From Rhodothermales bacterium (GTDB lineage: Bacteria; Bacteroidota; Rhodothermia; Rhodothermales; Bin80): DNA of 64,000 nucleotides. Made by a program: the position numbers and the translations under genes. Location: positions 125,860-189,859 of the forward strand of contig CBDBMQ010000024.1 of NCBI GenBank assembly GCA_965207565.1, written 5' to 3'. Positions 1 through 9,258 of the stretch are shown here, piece after piece. The notes under the pieces are model-generated. The model was not told where the DNA came from and did not search any database. It saw only the letters and a program-made list of their open reading frames with translations. The first letter of the stretch is position 1, and every line of letters starts with the position of its first letter.

Positions 1-1361
1 AATTAATCCGGGATTCTACCTGCGCATGTTTGCGGCGCCGGTTCTTAAACTCCGGGGCGGATTCTCGCGCACGATCCTCTTTCGAGAGTTTTCCCTTCTT
101 GGGAAGAATCACATGCTTCAACCTTGACGTCAGTGCCTTCATGTTCGGCTTGGATGAATAGCCCCGATCAAAACTCATGGCGTGCACGTTCGGATAGGTC
201 TTCTTGCACTGATCCACTAAATCCACCGTGAGGTCTACATCACACTCGGTCCACATAATCTGCCACATCAGGATGAATCGATGATCATTCTCTATGATGG
301 AGACCGGAACCCCCAACTCGACCTTCTTCCCTCCACTCTTCCCCTTCTGAATCCAACGCGTATGGCGGGCATGCAGCGAATAGATCTTCTCATTGGAAGG
401 GATCTTTTCGCCCTTCACCAAACGGCGTTCCACTTGGTCATGAAGCGTCCAGGCCAGCTCAGAGGCCGATTCCAGACGCGATATCCACGCAGAGTTTGGA
501 TCCAGCTTCTCAATCTCTTGAAGAACCTGATCACATCGCTGGATGCGCCAGGTGCAAAGCAAAAGATAGCTCTGCACCGCTTCAAGGTTCTTGGATTTTG
601 CGTTCGTCTCCACAGCCCGGTACGCAGACTGGAGCGATCGCAATAGATGGTCAGCCTGACGCCAACCGGGAAGATCACAGTTCCCGTCCAGTTCGCACAC
701 CTCCCAGGCCTTTATAGTCTCCCTGAAAAGCAAGCGGATCGCATCACGTAACATGCTCGGTCGGAAACTGAACATTCGTTTCCACCACATACGAATCACA
801 GCGAGCCTCCATCGGGGCGTTGGGATCCTCCCCCAGTGCCTGCATCCCCACCTCCACAATGATCGGATTCAACTCCGCCCAAATCTCCTCGGTGATCAAC
901 GAAACATTATCAATGACCGTCTGCAATTCATACACATACCCGTCTCCAAATTCCGAATCGTCATGTTGTAACATCTGACGTAGTCGCCGATGTTCATTGG
1001 CCTCATCCACTAAGTGATCATAGTCCGTGTTCAGCGCCTGCTTCACAAGTGCCAATACAAGGATGCGCCAGTAGTGCATGCCCGGGCGCCCCTCGCGTTG
1101 ACGGGTCGTTTTTCCGATCTTCTGTCGAAGAATTGTGAGGATTTGTTCCAAGTGGAGTTTACTCTTCCAAATCTGTTGCAATGATCGGAGCACACTGGCC
1201 ATATCATGGCGGGATTTGGGGTTGATTTCTATCTGCTCAATCGGGATGACGCCAAAGGAAGGGGCAGGATCAAATTGGTGTCTCATAACAGGGAAAATGG
1301 CGATTTTGAAGGTTGAAGATTTTGCCCAAATTCGGGGATCAGTGCGCAAAAATGGACGCAA
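1..1361 (-). pseudogene. IS5/IS1182-like DDE transposase (DUF772-type N-domain). Frameshifted near 750-760 and runs off the left edge.
   Basis: ORF 744..1361 ends ...VETNVQFPTEHVT*. A second frame (ATG 754, open to position 1) continues MLRDAIRLL...HTRWIQKGKSGGKKVELG...SFDRGYSS...VILPKKGKLSKEDRARE...HAQVESRIN. These are typical IS5/IS1182 blocks. The two parts overlap in different frames. Confidence 0.7.
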
Positions 1362-1586
1362 TCGCCCCGGAATGAGCCTCTGGAATGGTTCTACGCTGCA
1401 AAATCTGAAAAATCGACGTTTTCAGAAAAAATCTTCGCACAGAATCCATTCCGTGTATTCAGACGGAAATACCACCCACAACGCTTCCTCGGTAGAATAT
1501 CAGTGCTGAACTACTATTTTCGGACAGGCACTATATATCGGTGCTTCCAATTTATCTGCCTTAAAATTGGCGGACTTGTTCGGCAA

Positions 1587-1709
1587 CGTTTTGTTTATTG
1601 CTGCACGATCCTAACCGTCTGAGAACCGGGCGGAACCACGACGGTGGTATCTGTGCCTCCCGGCCAGCTGACATGTACTTTTTCGATCTCACTGCGTGGA
1701 GCTAACAGG
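1587..1709. repeat. Direct repeat copy 1: orphan duplicate of the 3' end of the 5033..8656 gene
   Basis: Aligns base-for-base with 5025-5148 (4 substitutions and 1 indel by eye). Confidence 0.85.
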
Positions 1710-1779
1710 ATCGAAAACAAGGGAACTGCTATCTTTTTCACCGGCTGGCAAGCTATGGATAAGGTCTTGAAATCCCTGA

Positions 1780-1830
1780 GTGCGTATTCCGATCAAGTGG
1801 GACACTGAGTTGGAATACAATAGGACGCAC
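1780..1830. repeat. Palindromic element, copy 1 (imperfect)
   Basis: gtgcgtattccgatcaagtggg/cactgagttggaataca...acgcac. Shares the GCGTATTCCGAT...ATCGGAATACGC core with 4963-5005 and 62860-62923. Confidence 0.5.
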
Positions 1831-1946
1831 TTAATTGGTTTTCTGTAATGCTGAAAACATGTATCTGTCTGAACAGCGAAACCTTCAGTTCCTGCAACTG
1901 TATCTTTGCTTCGGCGTTGATCCGATCTTTATTTAACCGTGGACTC

Positions 1947-4106
1947 ATGGGCGTTGATATAATTAGAGGAACCAGCAAAAAGCCTGTGGCAAGCGATGCA
2001 TTGACTAACTCCATTTCCTCTCTTCGCGTGAACGGCTTTTTGTTTATCGGACACCCGATCATAGGGACATATGACGGGGGAAAGGCACTTGATGCTCTTT
2101 TGGTCTCCAAGGAGAAAGGTATTGTTGTCTTTGATCTGATTGAAGGAACCAACGAGGGAGATTACTGCTCACGCCAAGACAACTCCGCGAATAGGCTTGA
2201 GTCTCTGCTCCGGACACATAGTGAACTGATGCAACGCAGGAATCTCCTCATTCCTATTCATACCATTTCATTCGCACCAGCAATATCTGGAAAGAGATTG
2301 CCTGGAGAAGAAAACGATTGTCTTATAGCGAATTCAACCACCTTGCTGGAAAAGCTAGGCGGTTTAGAGCCATGGTGCGATGAAAGAAAGGAGGATATTT
2401 ATGGAAAATCCCTGTCAGTTTTACAGAATGTTTCAACTATCCGCAAAAGCACAAGAAGGAGAATTGTTAAGAACCCAGACTCGCTTGGAACCAAACTCCA
2501 GAACTTAGAAAATTCAATAGCGACCCTTGACCAACAACAAAACAGGGCCGTGATTGAAACCGTAGACGGTGTCCAGCGCATTCGCGGCCTTGCCGGCTCC
2601 GGTAAAACTATTATTCTGGCATTGAAAGCAGCCTACCTGCACATTCAACACCCCGATTGGCGAATCGCTGTTACTTTCTACACACGCTCTCTCAAGGAGC
2701 ATTTCCGGCAGCTTATTACGAGATTTACCCTTGCTCAAACTCATGAAGAACCGGACTGGAACACTCTGAAAATTTTAAACGCGTGGGGGGCAGCTGGTGG
2801 AACGGGCCGTGATGGCATCTATCATAAATTCTGCATGACGCATGGTGTGAAGTATTTTGACTTCAATGCGGCAAGAAAATTCGGGCAGGGAAAAGAATTT
2901 TCAGGCGCCTGTGAAGACGCGCTTCGCAATTGTGAGGGATTCAAAAATATTTACGATGTGATATTGGTAGATGAGGCGCAGGACCTCCCGCCAGAATTTC
3001 TGCGCATCTGCTATAATCTTCTGGGCGAAAAGAAGATGCTTATTTACGCGTATGATGAGTTGCAGAATCTGTCTGGAGAATCACTTCCTTCCCCAGGGAG
3101 AATCTTCGGCACCGACAGCGACGGATCTCCGTTGGTTACGTTCGATGAATCATCAAACAATGACATTGTTCTAGAAACGTGTTATCGTAACTCGAGACCA
3201 GTGCTCACCACCGCACATGCCCTTGGGTTTGGGATCTACAGGAACACAAGGAGACAAGACACATCCAGACTTGTTCAGATGTTCGACGATCCCCGATTCT
3301 GGAAAGACGTCGGATACAGGGTAAAAAAGGGCAATTTATCACTTGGCAGTCACGTAAGCCTGCACAGAACACCAGATACAAGTCCTAAGTTTCTTGAAAA
3401 CCATTCGCCTGTTGAAGAACTAATAAAATTCATCTGCTTCAATGAATCGCAGAAACAAACGGAATGGCTGGCAAACGAGATAAAAACCAATCTTGAGTCC
3501 GAGGAACTTCGACACGAAGATATTGTGGTCATTAACCCCAACCCTCTCACAACCCGTGCCAATGTCGGACCTATCCGCAGCTACCTTTTGGGAATGGATA
3601 TCAGAAACCACATTGCCGGCGTTGATACTGATGCAGATACTTTCTTTAAAGCTGAAAACTCAATTACCTTTACGGGTGTTCACCGTGCCAAGGGAAACGA
3701 AGCGGGAATGGTGTATATCATAAACGCACAGGAATGCTACTCCGGGACACTAACCGGACTGAATCTGGCAAAACTTCGCAACCAGCTTTTCACAGCAATT
3801 ACGAGAAGTAAGGCCTGGGTACGCGTACTCGGCATCGGCGATGGAATGAATGAATTAAAGGAAGAGTATGATCGTCTGCGATCAAACGATTTTCGGCTTG
3901 AGTTTGATTATCCAACTAGAGAGGAGATAGAGAATTTACGAGTGGTGCATCGAGACGTACCGAGGGAGGACATTGAACAGATTAAAGAGGACGGGAATCA
4001 CCTGTCCAGGCTGGTTGATAATATTGAATCCGGCAAATTTCATTTAAAAGACTTGGATGAAACTGTTGTGAGCAGATGGAAAGAATTGTTGGAAGTGGAT
4101 GAGTAG
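1947..4106 (+). CDS. Superfamily-1 (UvrD/AAA_30-like) helicase with an N-terminal NERD/PD-(D/E)xK-like region
   Basis: Walker A GLAGSGKT, Walker B VILVDEAQDL, then CYRNSRP, FTGVHRAKGNEA and LFTAITRSKAW. The N-terminus has ALDALLVSKEKGIVVFDLIEG. The track ORF starts at 1848; ATG 1947 is preferred because the first 33 residues are Cys/Ser-rich and unconvincing. Confidence 0.75.
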   Translation: MGVDIIRGTSKKPVASDALTNSISSLRVNGFLFIGHPIIGTYDGGKALDALLVSKEKGIVVFDLIEGTNEGDYCSRQDNSANRLESLLRTHSELMQRRNLLIPIHTISFAPAISGKRLPGEENDCLIANSTTLLEKLGGLEPWCDERKEDIYGKSLSVLQNVSTIRKSTRRRIVKNPDSLGTKLQNLENSIATLDQQQNRAVIETVDGVQRIRGLAGSGKTIILALKAAYLHIQHPDWRIAVTFYTRSLKEHFRQLITRFTLAQTHEEPDWNTLKILNAWGAAGGTGRDGIYHKFCMTHGVKYFDFNAARKFGQGKEFSGACEDALRNCEGFKNIYDVILVDEAQDLPPEFLRICYNLLGEKKMLIYAYDELQNLSGESLPSPGRIFGTDSDGSPLVTFDESSNNDIVLETCYRNSRPVLTTAHALGFGIYRNTRRQDTSRLVQMFDDPRFWKDVGYRVKKGNLSLGSHVSLHRTPDTSPKFLENHSPVEELIKFICFNESQKQTEWLANEIKTNLESEELRHEDIVVINPNPLTTRANVGPIRSYLLGMDIRNHIAGVDTDADTFFKAENSITFTGVHRAKGNEAGMVYIINAQECYSGTLTGLNLAKLRNQLFTAITRSKAWVRVLGIGDGMNELKEEYDRLRSNDFRLEFDYPTREEIENLRVVHRDVPREDIEQIKEDGNHLSRLVDNIESGKFHLKDLDETVVSRWKELLEVDE

Positions 4107-4111
4107 AAATC

Positions 4112-4780
4112 ATGTCATCACCTAACCAGGTTCGGGAGCAGATCAATAAACTCGTTACGTTTTTAGTAGAAAAAGGTCTTTCGAATGATCAGAATTTTGC
4201 TTTTCCGAAAGAATCCAAGGGGGAAACTGTTCAAATTATATTCCCAGGACGAGAACATTTGTCGGCTGCGTTAAAAGATCGAAATTACAGAGAAATTTAC
4301 AGGGATATAGCAAAAGAACGTGCGTACAATGCAAAAATGCTGGATGGCGCATTGATTCAGATGACCTATGAATTTATTAGTACTTCTCTTCAACGTCATC
4401 GCCTCGCGTTTTTCCCTTCGCCAGTTCTCGGAGAATTTCAACAAGATCCTGACATCTATCTTGATGATGAAATTTATGGAGATATAACTTCAAGGAACAT
4501 CGTTCCGTCTCCCTTGCGTTTTGACTACGACTCCAGAGAAGGTAAATACAAAGAACTGATTCATCCAAAATCCCATTTTTCGCTGGGTCAATATCCAAAT
4601 TGTCGTATTCCCGTGACTTCGCCGATGACTCCAGTGCGGTTTGTGGATTTTGTTTTAAGGAACTTCTATGATACTAAAGAAAATCGGTACGCCGACGACC
4701 TTCCAAGGGATAACTGTTCATTTGCTGAATCAATATTTTCGGCAGAGCGCAATATTGTTCACATTGTCGTTCCCACATAG
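4112..4780 (+). CDS. Helicase-associated 222-aa protein, function unknown
   Basis: Starts 5 nt after the helicase stop on the same strand. No motif recognised by eye. Confidence 0.6.
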   Translation: MSSPNQVREQINKLVTFLVEKGLSNDQNFAFPKESKGETVQIIFPGREHLSAALKDRNYREIYRDIAKERAYNAKMLDGALIQMTYEFISTSLQRHRLAFFPSPVLGEFQQDPDIYLDDEIYGDITSRNIVPSPLRFDYDSREGKYKELIHPKSHFSLGQYPNCRIPVTSPMTPVRFVDFVLRNFYDTKENRYADDLPRDNCSFAESIFSAERNIVHIVVPT

Positions 4781-4962
4781 AGAAAGAGCTTAGCCCAAGT
4801 TCACCATCTCGCCTGAGAGGATACTGATTTTCGGACCGATTCCCCCCTTATAATATACAGAGAACTTGGGCCAGCAACAAGACTGTCTTTTGGCTGAGAT
4901 GGTCAGTCGCGGTGTACCCCGTTTATGGGAAAAATTTGGACAATTTAGTTCGTTGGCTAAGT

Positions 4963-5005
4963 TGCGTATTCCGATGGAAGTGGTCCACTTCGATCGGAAT
5001 ACGCA
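4963..5005. repeat. Palindromic element, copy 2 (21-bp stem with 1 mismatch, 1-nt loop)
   Basis: tgcgtattccgatggaagtgg t ccacttcgatcggaatacgca. Lies between the convergent ends of 4112..4780 and 5033..8656. Confidence 0.8.
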
Positions 5006-5024
5006 GGAGACCTCTGTTCAGCAG

Positions 5025-5148
5025 CGTTTTGTTTATTGCTGCACGATCCTAACCGTCTGGGCACCGGGCTGAACCACGACGGTGGTATCTGTGCCTCCCG
5101 GCCAGCTGACATGCACTTTTTCGATCTCACTGCGTGGAGCTAACAAGG
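5025..5148. repeat. Direct repeat copy 2: the functional 3' end of the 5033..8656 gene
   Basis: Same sequence as 1587-1709. Includes the stop codon at 5033-5035. Confidence 0.85.
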
Positions 5149-8100
5149 GAGCAAGGCTGTTCTGACTCCAATACCCGCTTCCTGCAACGACAGCTGCCGC
5201 AGGGCCAAGCGAACCATCCCGATATTGTGCCCGCACATTGGCTCCGATGGTAAATGTATTCGCGTGTTCTGTCCGTAGTTCAACACGAAGACCAACGCCG
5301 GCAGATTGATTCTCAAAATGTACGACGGGCCCTGCATTTTGGGTCACTGCCAGATCCAGACGTCCGTCCAGATTGAAGTCAGCGGCTACGGATGCCCGCT
5401 GAGAGCCATAAATCCGAATCCCCGAGTGCTGTGCGAACTGTGGGACTAACTCGTGAGATTCATTTGCAAGTAGTAGCAGTCCTCGTCCACTATCCAGTCG
5501 GGGATAGCCCGAAGCAACTGCGAAGAAATTCTGACTCAGAAATAAATCTATTCTCCCATCGCCGTTGAAATCCCCCGCTACCGGTGCAAAGGCGGGCGAC
5601 CACTGAGCCTCAACCGCGAGCGGAACTACCTCATAGTGCGACTCCCTGTTCATGAACACGGTCGTCTGCCAGTGCGTGACTTCGTGATCAGCAGCTCCAG
5701 ATAATACAGAACCGAAGATGTCTTCTGCCGAACGCTCAGAGAATTCTCTATACGTTCGAACGTGCTGGCGCAAAATTGGCAGGGCATGCGTGAGCGTCTG
5801 AAAATCCCGTACCAATCCCAATGCATCCAGGTCGGGGGTCCACTGGACTTCGAGAAGATCCATGCTGCTGTTCTGGTCCAGATCACCATAATAAGCCCGA
5901 AGGGGGGTGTTCTGGTCATAGGGAACGTTTTGTCCCCAGTTGGTCACAACCAGGTCAAGCCTTCCGTCGCCATCAAAATCAGCCGGTGTAATCCCATTCC
6001 ACCACCCCACATAATCAGTGAGCCCCAAAGAGCGCGTCATGCGAACCAACTGCCCCCCCCCTCGGTTGTGGAATACCTGTACGGGCCCCCACATCATTGC
6101 AAGTGCGAGATCCGTCTGCTGATCACCATTGAGGTCCGCAGCGACGGCTCCGGATACGAGTCCCAGATTTTCGAACGGTGCGCTGAGCTCATCATCCCGT
6201 AGGAGCTCTTGATCGCGGATCCGATAGATGGTGCTGGTTGTAACTTGGGGGTATTGACCGGGAATAAAATGCCCCCCGACGAAGAGCTCCAAAGAACCAT
6301 CTCCGGTGAAATCCCCCAAGGCGAGCGGCCCAGGACTCTCTGACCCAAGCATGTAGGGAGTCCCCTCTCCGCTGAGTGACACCTGAAGAATCCGGGAAAG
6401 ATCTCCCGCTTCTTCTGGGGTCCGCTCATAGTTGCCTACTGCTGCCCATACGACTCCCGGTAGAGCAACTATTCCTGCATGATCCCCGGTCGAGGGGTTG
6501 CCTAGGTACTGCTTGGTTGCGAAGATTCCAGCATCGTTGACCAAGAGTTGCAATCGCTTCCCCTTCCCGCCTCCTAGAATCAGATCCTCATCCCCATCAG
6601 AATCTATGTCTACCGCAACCAACGCCGGCCCTCTCTGGCTGAGCCTATGCGGAAGCAGCGGCTGCCGGGCAAAATCCGCATAACTAGTTTCTTCATGCTG
6701 CAATCCGGTACTCAAGGCCTTGAATAAGGTCGGAGGAAGTTCCGAAGACACCTTGGGTTGAGGTGGTGGCTGATTAATCCAATACTCACTGTTTGGTATC
6801 ACTTCATCAACCCTGCTGAGTCCACCATCAGGCCAGTGTACCTCGATGACTGCACCGCTTGAATAAGCAAACGTGCGTGCTGCATCACTGGATGAAAGAT
6901 ACTCCCCGCCCGCAATGACCTCCTGATTCTGTGGCGGTAAGCTGTCACTGACGACACGTACGAGCGCACCAACACCTGTAGGGTTGGGGGGCAGTCCCTG
7001 GAGACGGACGAGGATCCGCTCGGCTTCTGCATCATTGCGAAATACCCCGACGGGGCCATCCAGTCGATTGATCACCAGATCCTGATCTCCATCTTCATCC
7101 AGATCGGCCAGTGCCATGCCGTGAGCTACATCCGGGTTCACCCCCAATCCCCAGCCCTGCTCAACCCGTTCGAATTGCGCATTCCCAAGGTTGCGGAATG
7201 CGATATTTGGTAGATCCAGGTCAGGAAAATCCAATAAAACCTCTCGCCAGAGGCGTCTGGAGGAACGAGCAGCAATCTGAGCATCTGCATCCATTGCATC
7301 GTATGCATGCCCGGTTGTGAGGAGTAAATCTGGCCATCCATCCAGATCCACATCGGTGAACACACTGCTCCATGTCCAGCCGGTTGCGGCAACGCCGCTC
7401 CAGCGGGCGATTTCGGCGTAGGTTGTATCCGCGCGATTGAGTAGCAGCATGTTCTGCATCTCCTGTGGGCGGGCGTGGATATCCCCCATGGTCAATACCT
7501 CGGGTGGGATCACAAAATGCTGTCTTTGCCGCTCTGAGTAGCCACTGCTCAACATATCCGCCAGAAAGAGATCTACATGCTCATCTGCATTGATATCTGC
7601 GGCTGCCACCGACATTGTTGACTGGCTTGTCTTTCGAAGTGCCAGTGTGGAGGCGGCTCTGAAGATACCATCTGCACTCCCGAACCAGAGAGCATCCGGA
7701 CTTTCGAAGTCATTGCACACATAGAGATCTGGGTACCCGTCCTGATTAAAATCCTGAGAGCGCACGGACAGCGTCCAGTACTGTGGCGCTTCGCTTAACG
7801 AGACTCCATTTTCATCCAAAAACAGCCCCTCTGTGAACGAACCTTCCGTAAAATTCCCTGCGCCATCATTAAAGAAGATTCGATCAGGTTCAGCAAGTTC
7901 GACCCGCATCAATCGACCTTCCTGGTGGATGAGTTTGTAATCCTTTGCCCAGTACTCACGCACAGCGAACGAGTCGGCGACCGGTTCTACAACACGTTCA
8001 AACGTAATCTCTTCCGGGGGCCAAACATCTTTGACCGTCGCTTCCTTATAGAACCCGACATACAGATCTAAATCCCCATCTGCGTCCATATCAGCCAAGG

Positions 8101-8656
8101 CAACCGAGGTAGCACCTCCAGATTGAGGAAGGTTTGCCCCTGTGGTATAATCTGTGAAATGCCCCGTGCCGTCATTCACGTACAACTGCACTCCACTTCC
8201 AAGTGAAGTCACAAAGAGATCCAGGTCCCCATCTGCATCAACATCAGAGAACGCTGTGCCAGTTGCTCTTGGATGAACAAGGCCTAAACCCGCCTGAAGT
8301 GTGATGTCCTGGAATTTCCAAGCCCCCAGATTGCGATGGAGTGTACTATGATGCTCCATCCCTGCCAAAAAAATATCAGGCAGGCTATCCCCATCCACAT
8401 CGCCAATGGCGACCCCCGATCCATTGACAACGTGCCGGTTGTCTACAAGAGCCGAAATGCTGATATGATTACTGAACGCAATTGCGTCGGGGATTTCTGT
8501 AAACCCTGTCCCCGTGCCAATGGGGGGACTCAGTGGACGCACCCGATACCCTTCGAACGAAGTCCAAGTACGCTCGGGCTCGGAGCTGCATCCCACAAAA
8601 AGAAACACACCGAGCAAAAATACACGCCAGACCATGCATGCGGAGCACCTGGGCAT
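5033..8656 (-). CDS. Secreted VCBS/FG-GAP repeat protein with ASPIC/UnbV C-terminal domain (CRTAC1 family)
   Basis: N-terminal signal with lipobox-like LFVGCSS. Many DxDxDGxxD(L/I) FG-GAP/VCBS repeats. C-terminus reads GANVRAQYRDG...GSGYWSQNS...VHVSWPGG. Confidence 0.85.
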   Translation of the reverse strand: MPRCSACMVWRVFLLGVFLFVGCSSEPERTWTSFEGYRVRPLSPPIGTGTGFTEIPDAIAFSNHISISALVDNRHVVNGSGVAIGDVDGDSLPDIFLAGMEHHSTLHRNLGAWKFQDITLQAGLGLVHPRATGTAFSDVDADGDLDLFVTSLGSGVQLYVNDGTGHFTDYTTGANLPQSGGATSVALADMDADGDLDLYVGFYKEATVKDVWPPEEITFERVVEPVADSFAVREYWAKDYKLIHQEGRLMRVELAEPDRIFFNDGAGNFTEGSFTEGLFLDENGVSLSEAPQYWTLSVRSQDFNQDGYPDLYVCNDFESPDALWFGSADGIFRAASTLALRKTSQSTMSVAAADINADEHVDLFLADMLSSGYSERQRQHFVIPPEVLTMGDIHARPQEMQNMLLLNRADTTYAEIARWSGVAATGWTWSSVFTDVDLDGWPDLLLTTGHAYDAMDADAQIAARSSRRLWREVLLDFPDLDLPNIAFRNLGNAQFERVEQGWGLGVNPDVAHGMALADLDEDGDQDLVINRLDGPVGVFRNDAEAERILVRLQGLPPNPTGVGALVRVVSDSLPPQNQEVIAGGEYLSSSDAARTFAYSSGAVIEVHWPDGGLSRVDEVIPNSEYWINQPPPQPKVSSELPPTLFKALSTGLQHEETSYADFARQPLLPHRLSQRGPALVAVDIDSDGDEDLILGGGKGKRLQLLVNDAGIFATKQYLGNPSTGDHAGIVALPGVVWAAVGNYERTPEEAGDLSRILQVSLSGEGTPYMLGSESPGPLALGDFTGDGSLELFVGGHFIPGQYPQVTTSTIYRIRDQELLRDDELSAPFENLGLVSGAVAADLNGDQQTDLALAMMWGPVQVFHNRGGGQLVRMTRSLGLTDYVGWWNGITPADFDGDGRLDLVVTNWGQNVPYDQNTPLRAYYGDLDQNSSMDLLEVQWTPDLDALGLVRDFQTLTHALPILRQHVRTYREFSERSAEDIFGSVLSGAADHEVTHWQTTVFMNRESHYEVVPLAVEAQWSPAFAPVAGDFNGDGRIDLFLSQNFFAVASGYPRLDSGRGLLLLANESHELVPQFAQHSGIRIYGSQRASVAADFNLDGRLDLAVTQNAGPVVHFENQSAGVGLRVELRTEHANTFTIGANVRAQYRDGSLGPAAAVVAGSGYWSQNSLAPLLAPRSEIEKVHVSWPGGTDTTVVVQPGAQTVRIVQQ

Positions 8657-8668
8657 CCAGAGCAGGTG

Positions 8669-9157
8669 CTACATTACCCCTGCCTTGAACTCATTCTCAA
8701 GGTATTTGGCAATCTCATCCAGGTAAGCCTCTCGCTCGGCCGTGATCATTACCGGCTCCCAGTTCCCGCCCATTGAGAGTCGGGCCTCAAACTCGGCTTC
8801 CATACGTGAGGAAAACGTGCTCGCGTTCCCTGCTGCACGATTGCGCGGACGCGCATTGACAAAGATGCGTACCCTGGCCGCCACATACCCGGCAGCCTGT
8901 TCATCCGCGAAGGTGACTACATCTTTCCATGATGTTTCCAGGCGTACATCCTCGGGGGTGTCAACTTCTCGATTCATGCGGTATCCGTATCTGGTAAGCA
9001 GGGCATCCTGGGCAGTTGAGACAATATGCCACCGTGCGGAAGTTCCGAGATTGTAACGAAACGTGCTGTCACGAGCCCGCTCACCGTCGGCACCCGGTCC
9101 AGAACAGGCGCCCACAAGCAAGACACAGCATAAAATCCAGTAGATTGATGGTTTCAT
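8669..9157 (-). CDS. Small lipoprotein, function unknown
   Basis: MKPSIYWILCCVLLVGACSGPG signal/lipobox from the internal ATG at 9157. Same strand as the Sus pair. Confidence 0.55.
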   Translation of the reverse strand: MKPSIYWILCCVLLVGACSGPGADGERARDSTFRYNLGTSARWHIVSTAQDALLTRYGYRMNREVDTPEDVRLETSWKDVVTFADEQAAGYVAARVRIFVNARPRNRAAGNASTFSSRMEAEFEARLSMGGNWEPVMITAEREAYLDEIAKYLENEFKAGVM

Positions 9158-9258
9158 TGAGATTCTTCGTATAGTGGTGATTAACCAAAAGCATGGAAGG
9201 GGGGCAGTTCCCATGTGAGTACTGCCCCCCCCCTTCGTTTCATTGAACCGAATGTTTG

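Noticed and set aside
1848-1946. N-terminal extension of the helicase from the track start at 1848
   Set aside because: The first 33 residues (MLKTCICLNSETFSSCNCIF...) are Cys/Ser-rich and overlap the palindromic element region. ATG 1947 gives a more plausible start. This remains uncertain.
4963-5005. The perfect hairpin as an integron attC site or a bidirectional terminator
   Set aside because: It has no RYYYAAC/GTTRRRY-type core sites and no integron integrase nearby. No U-tract follows the stem on either strand. It is kept only as a repeat family.
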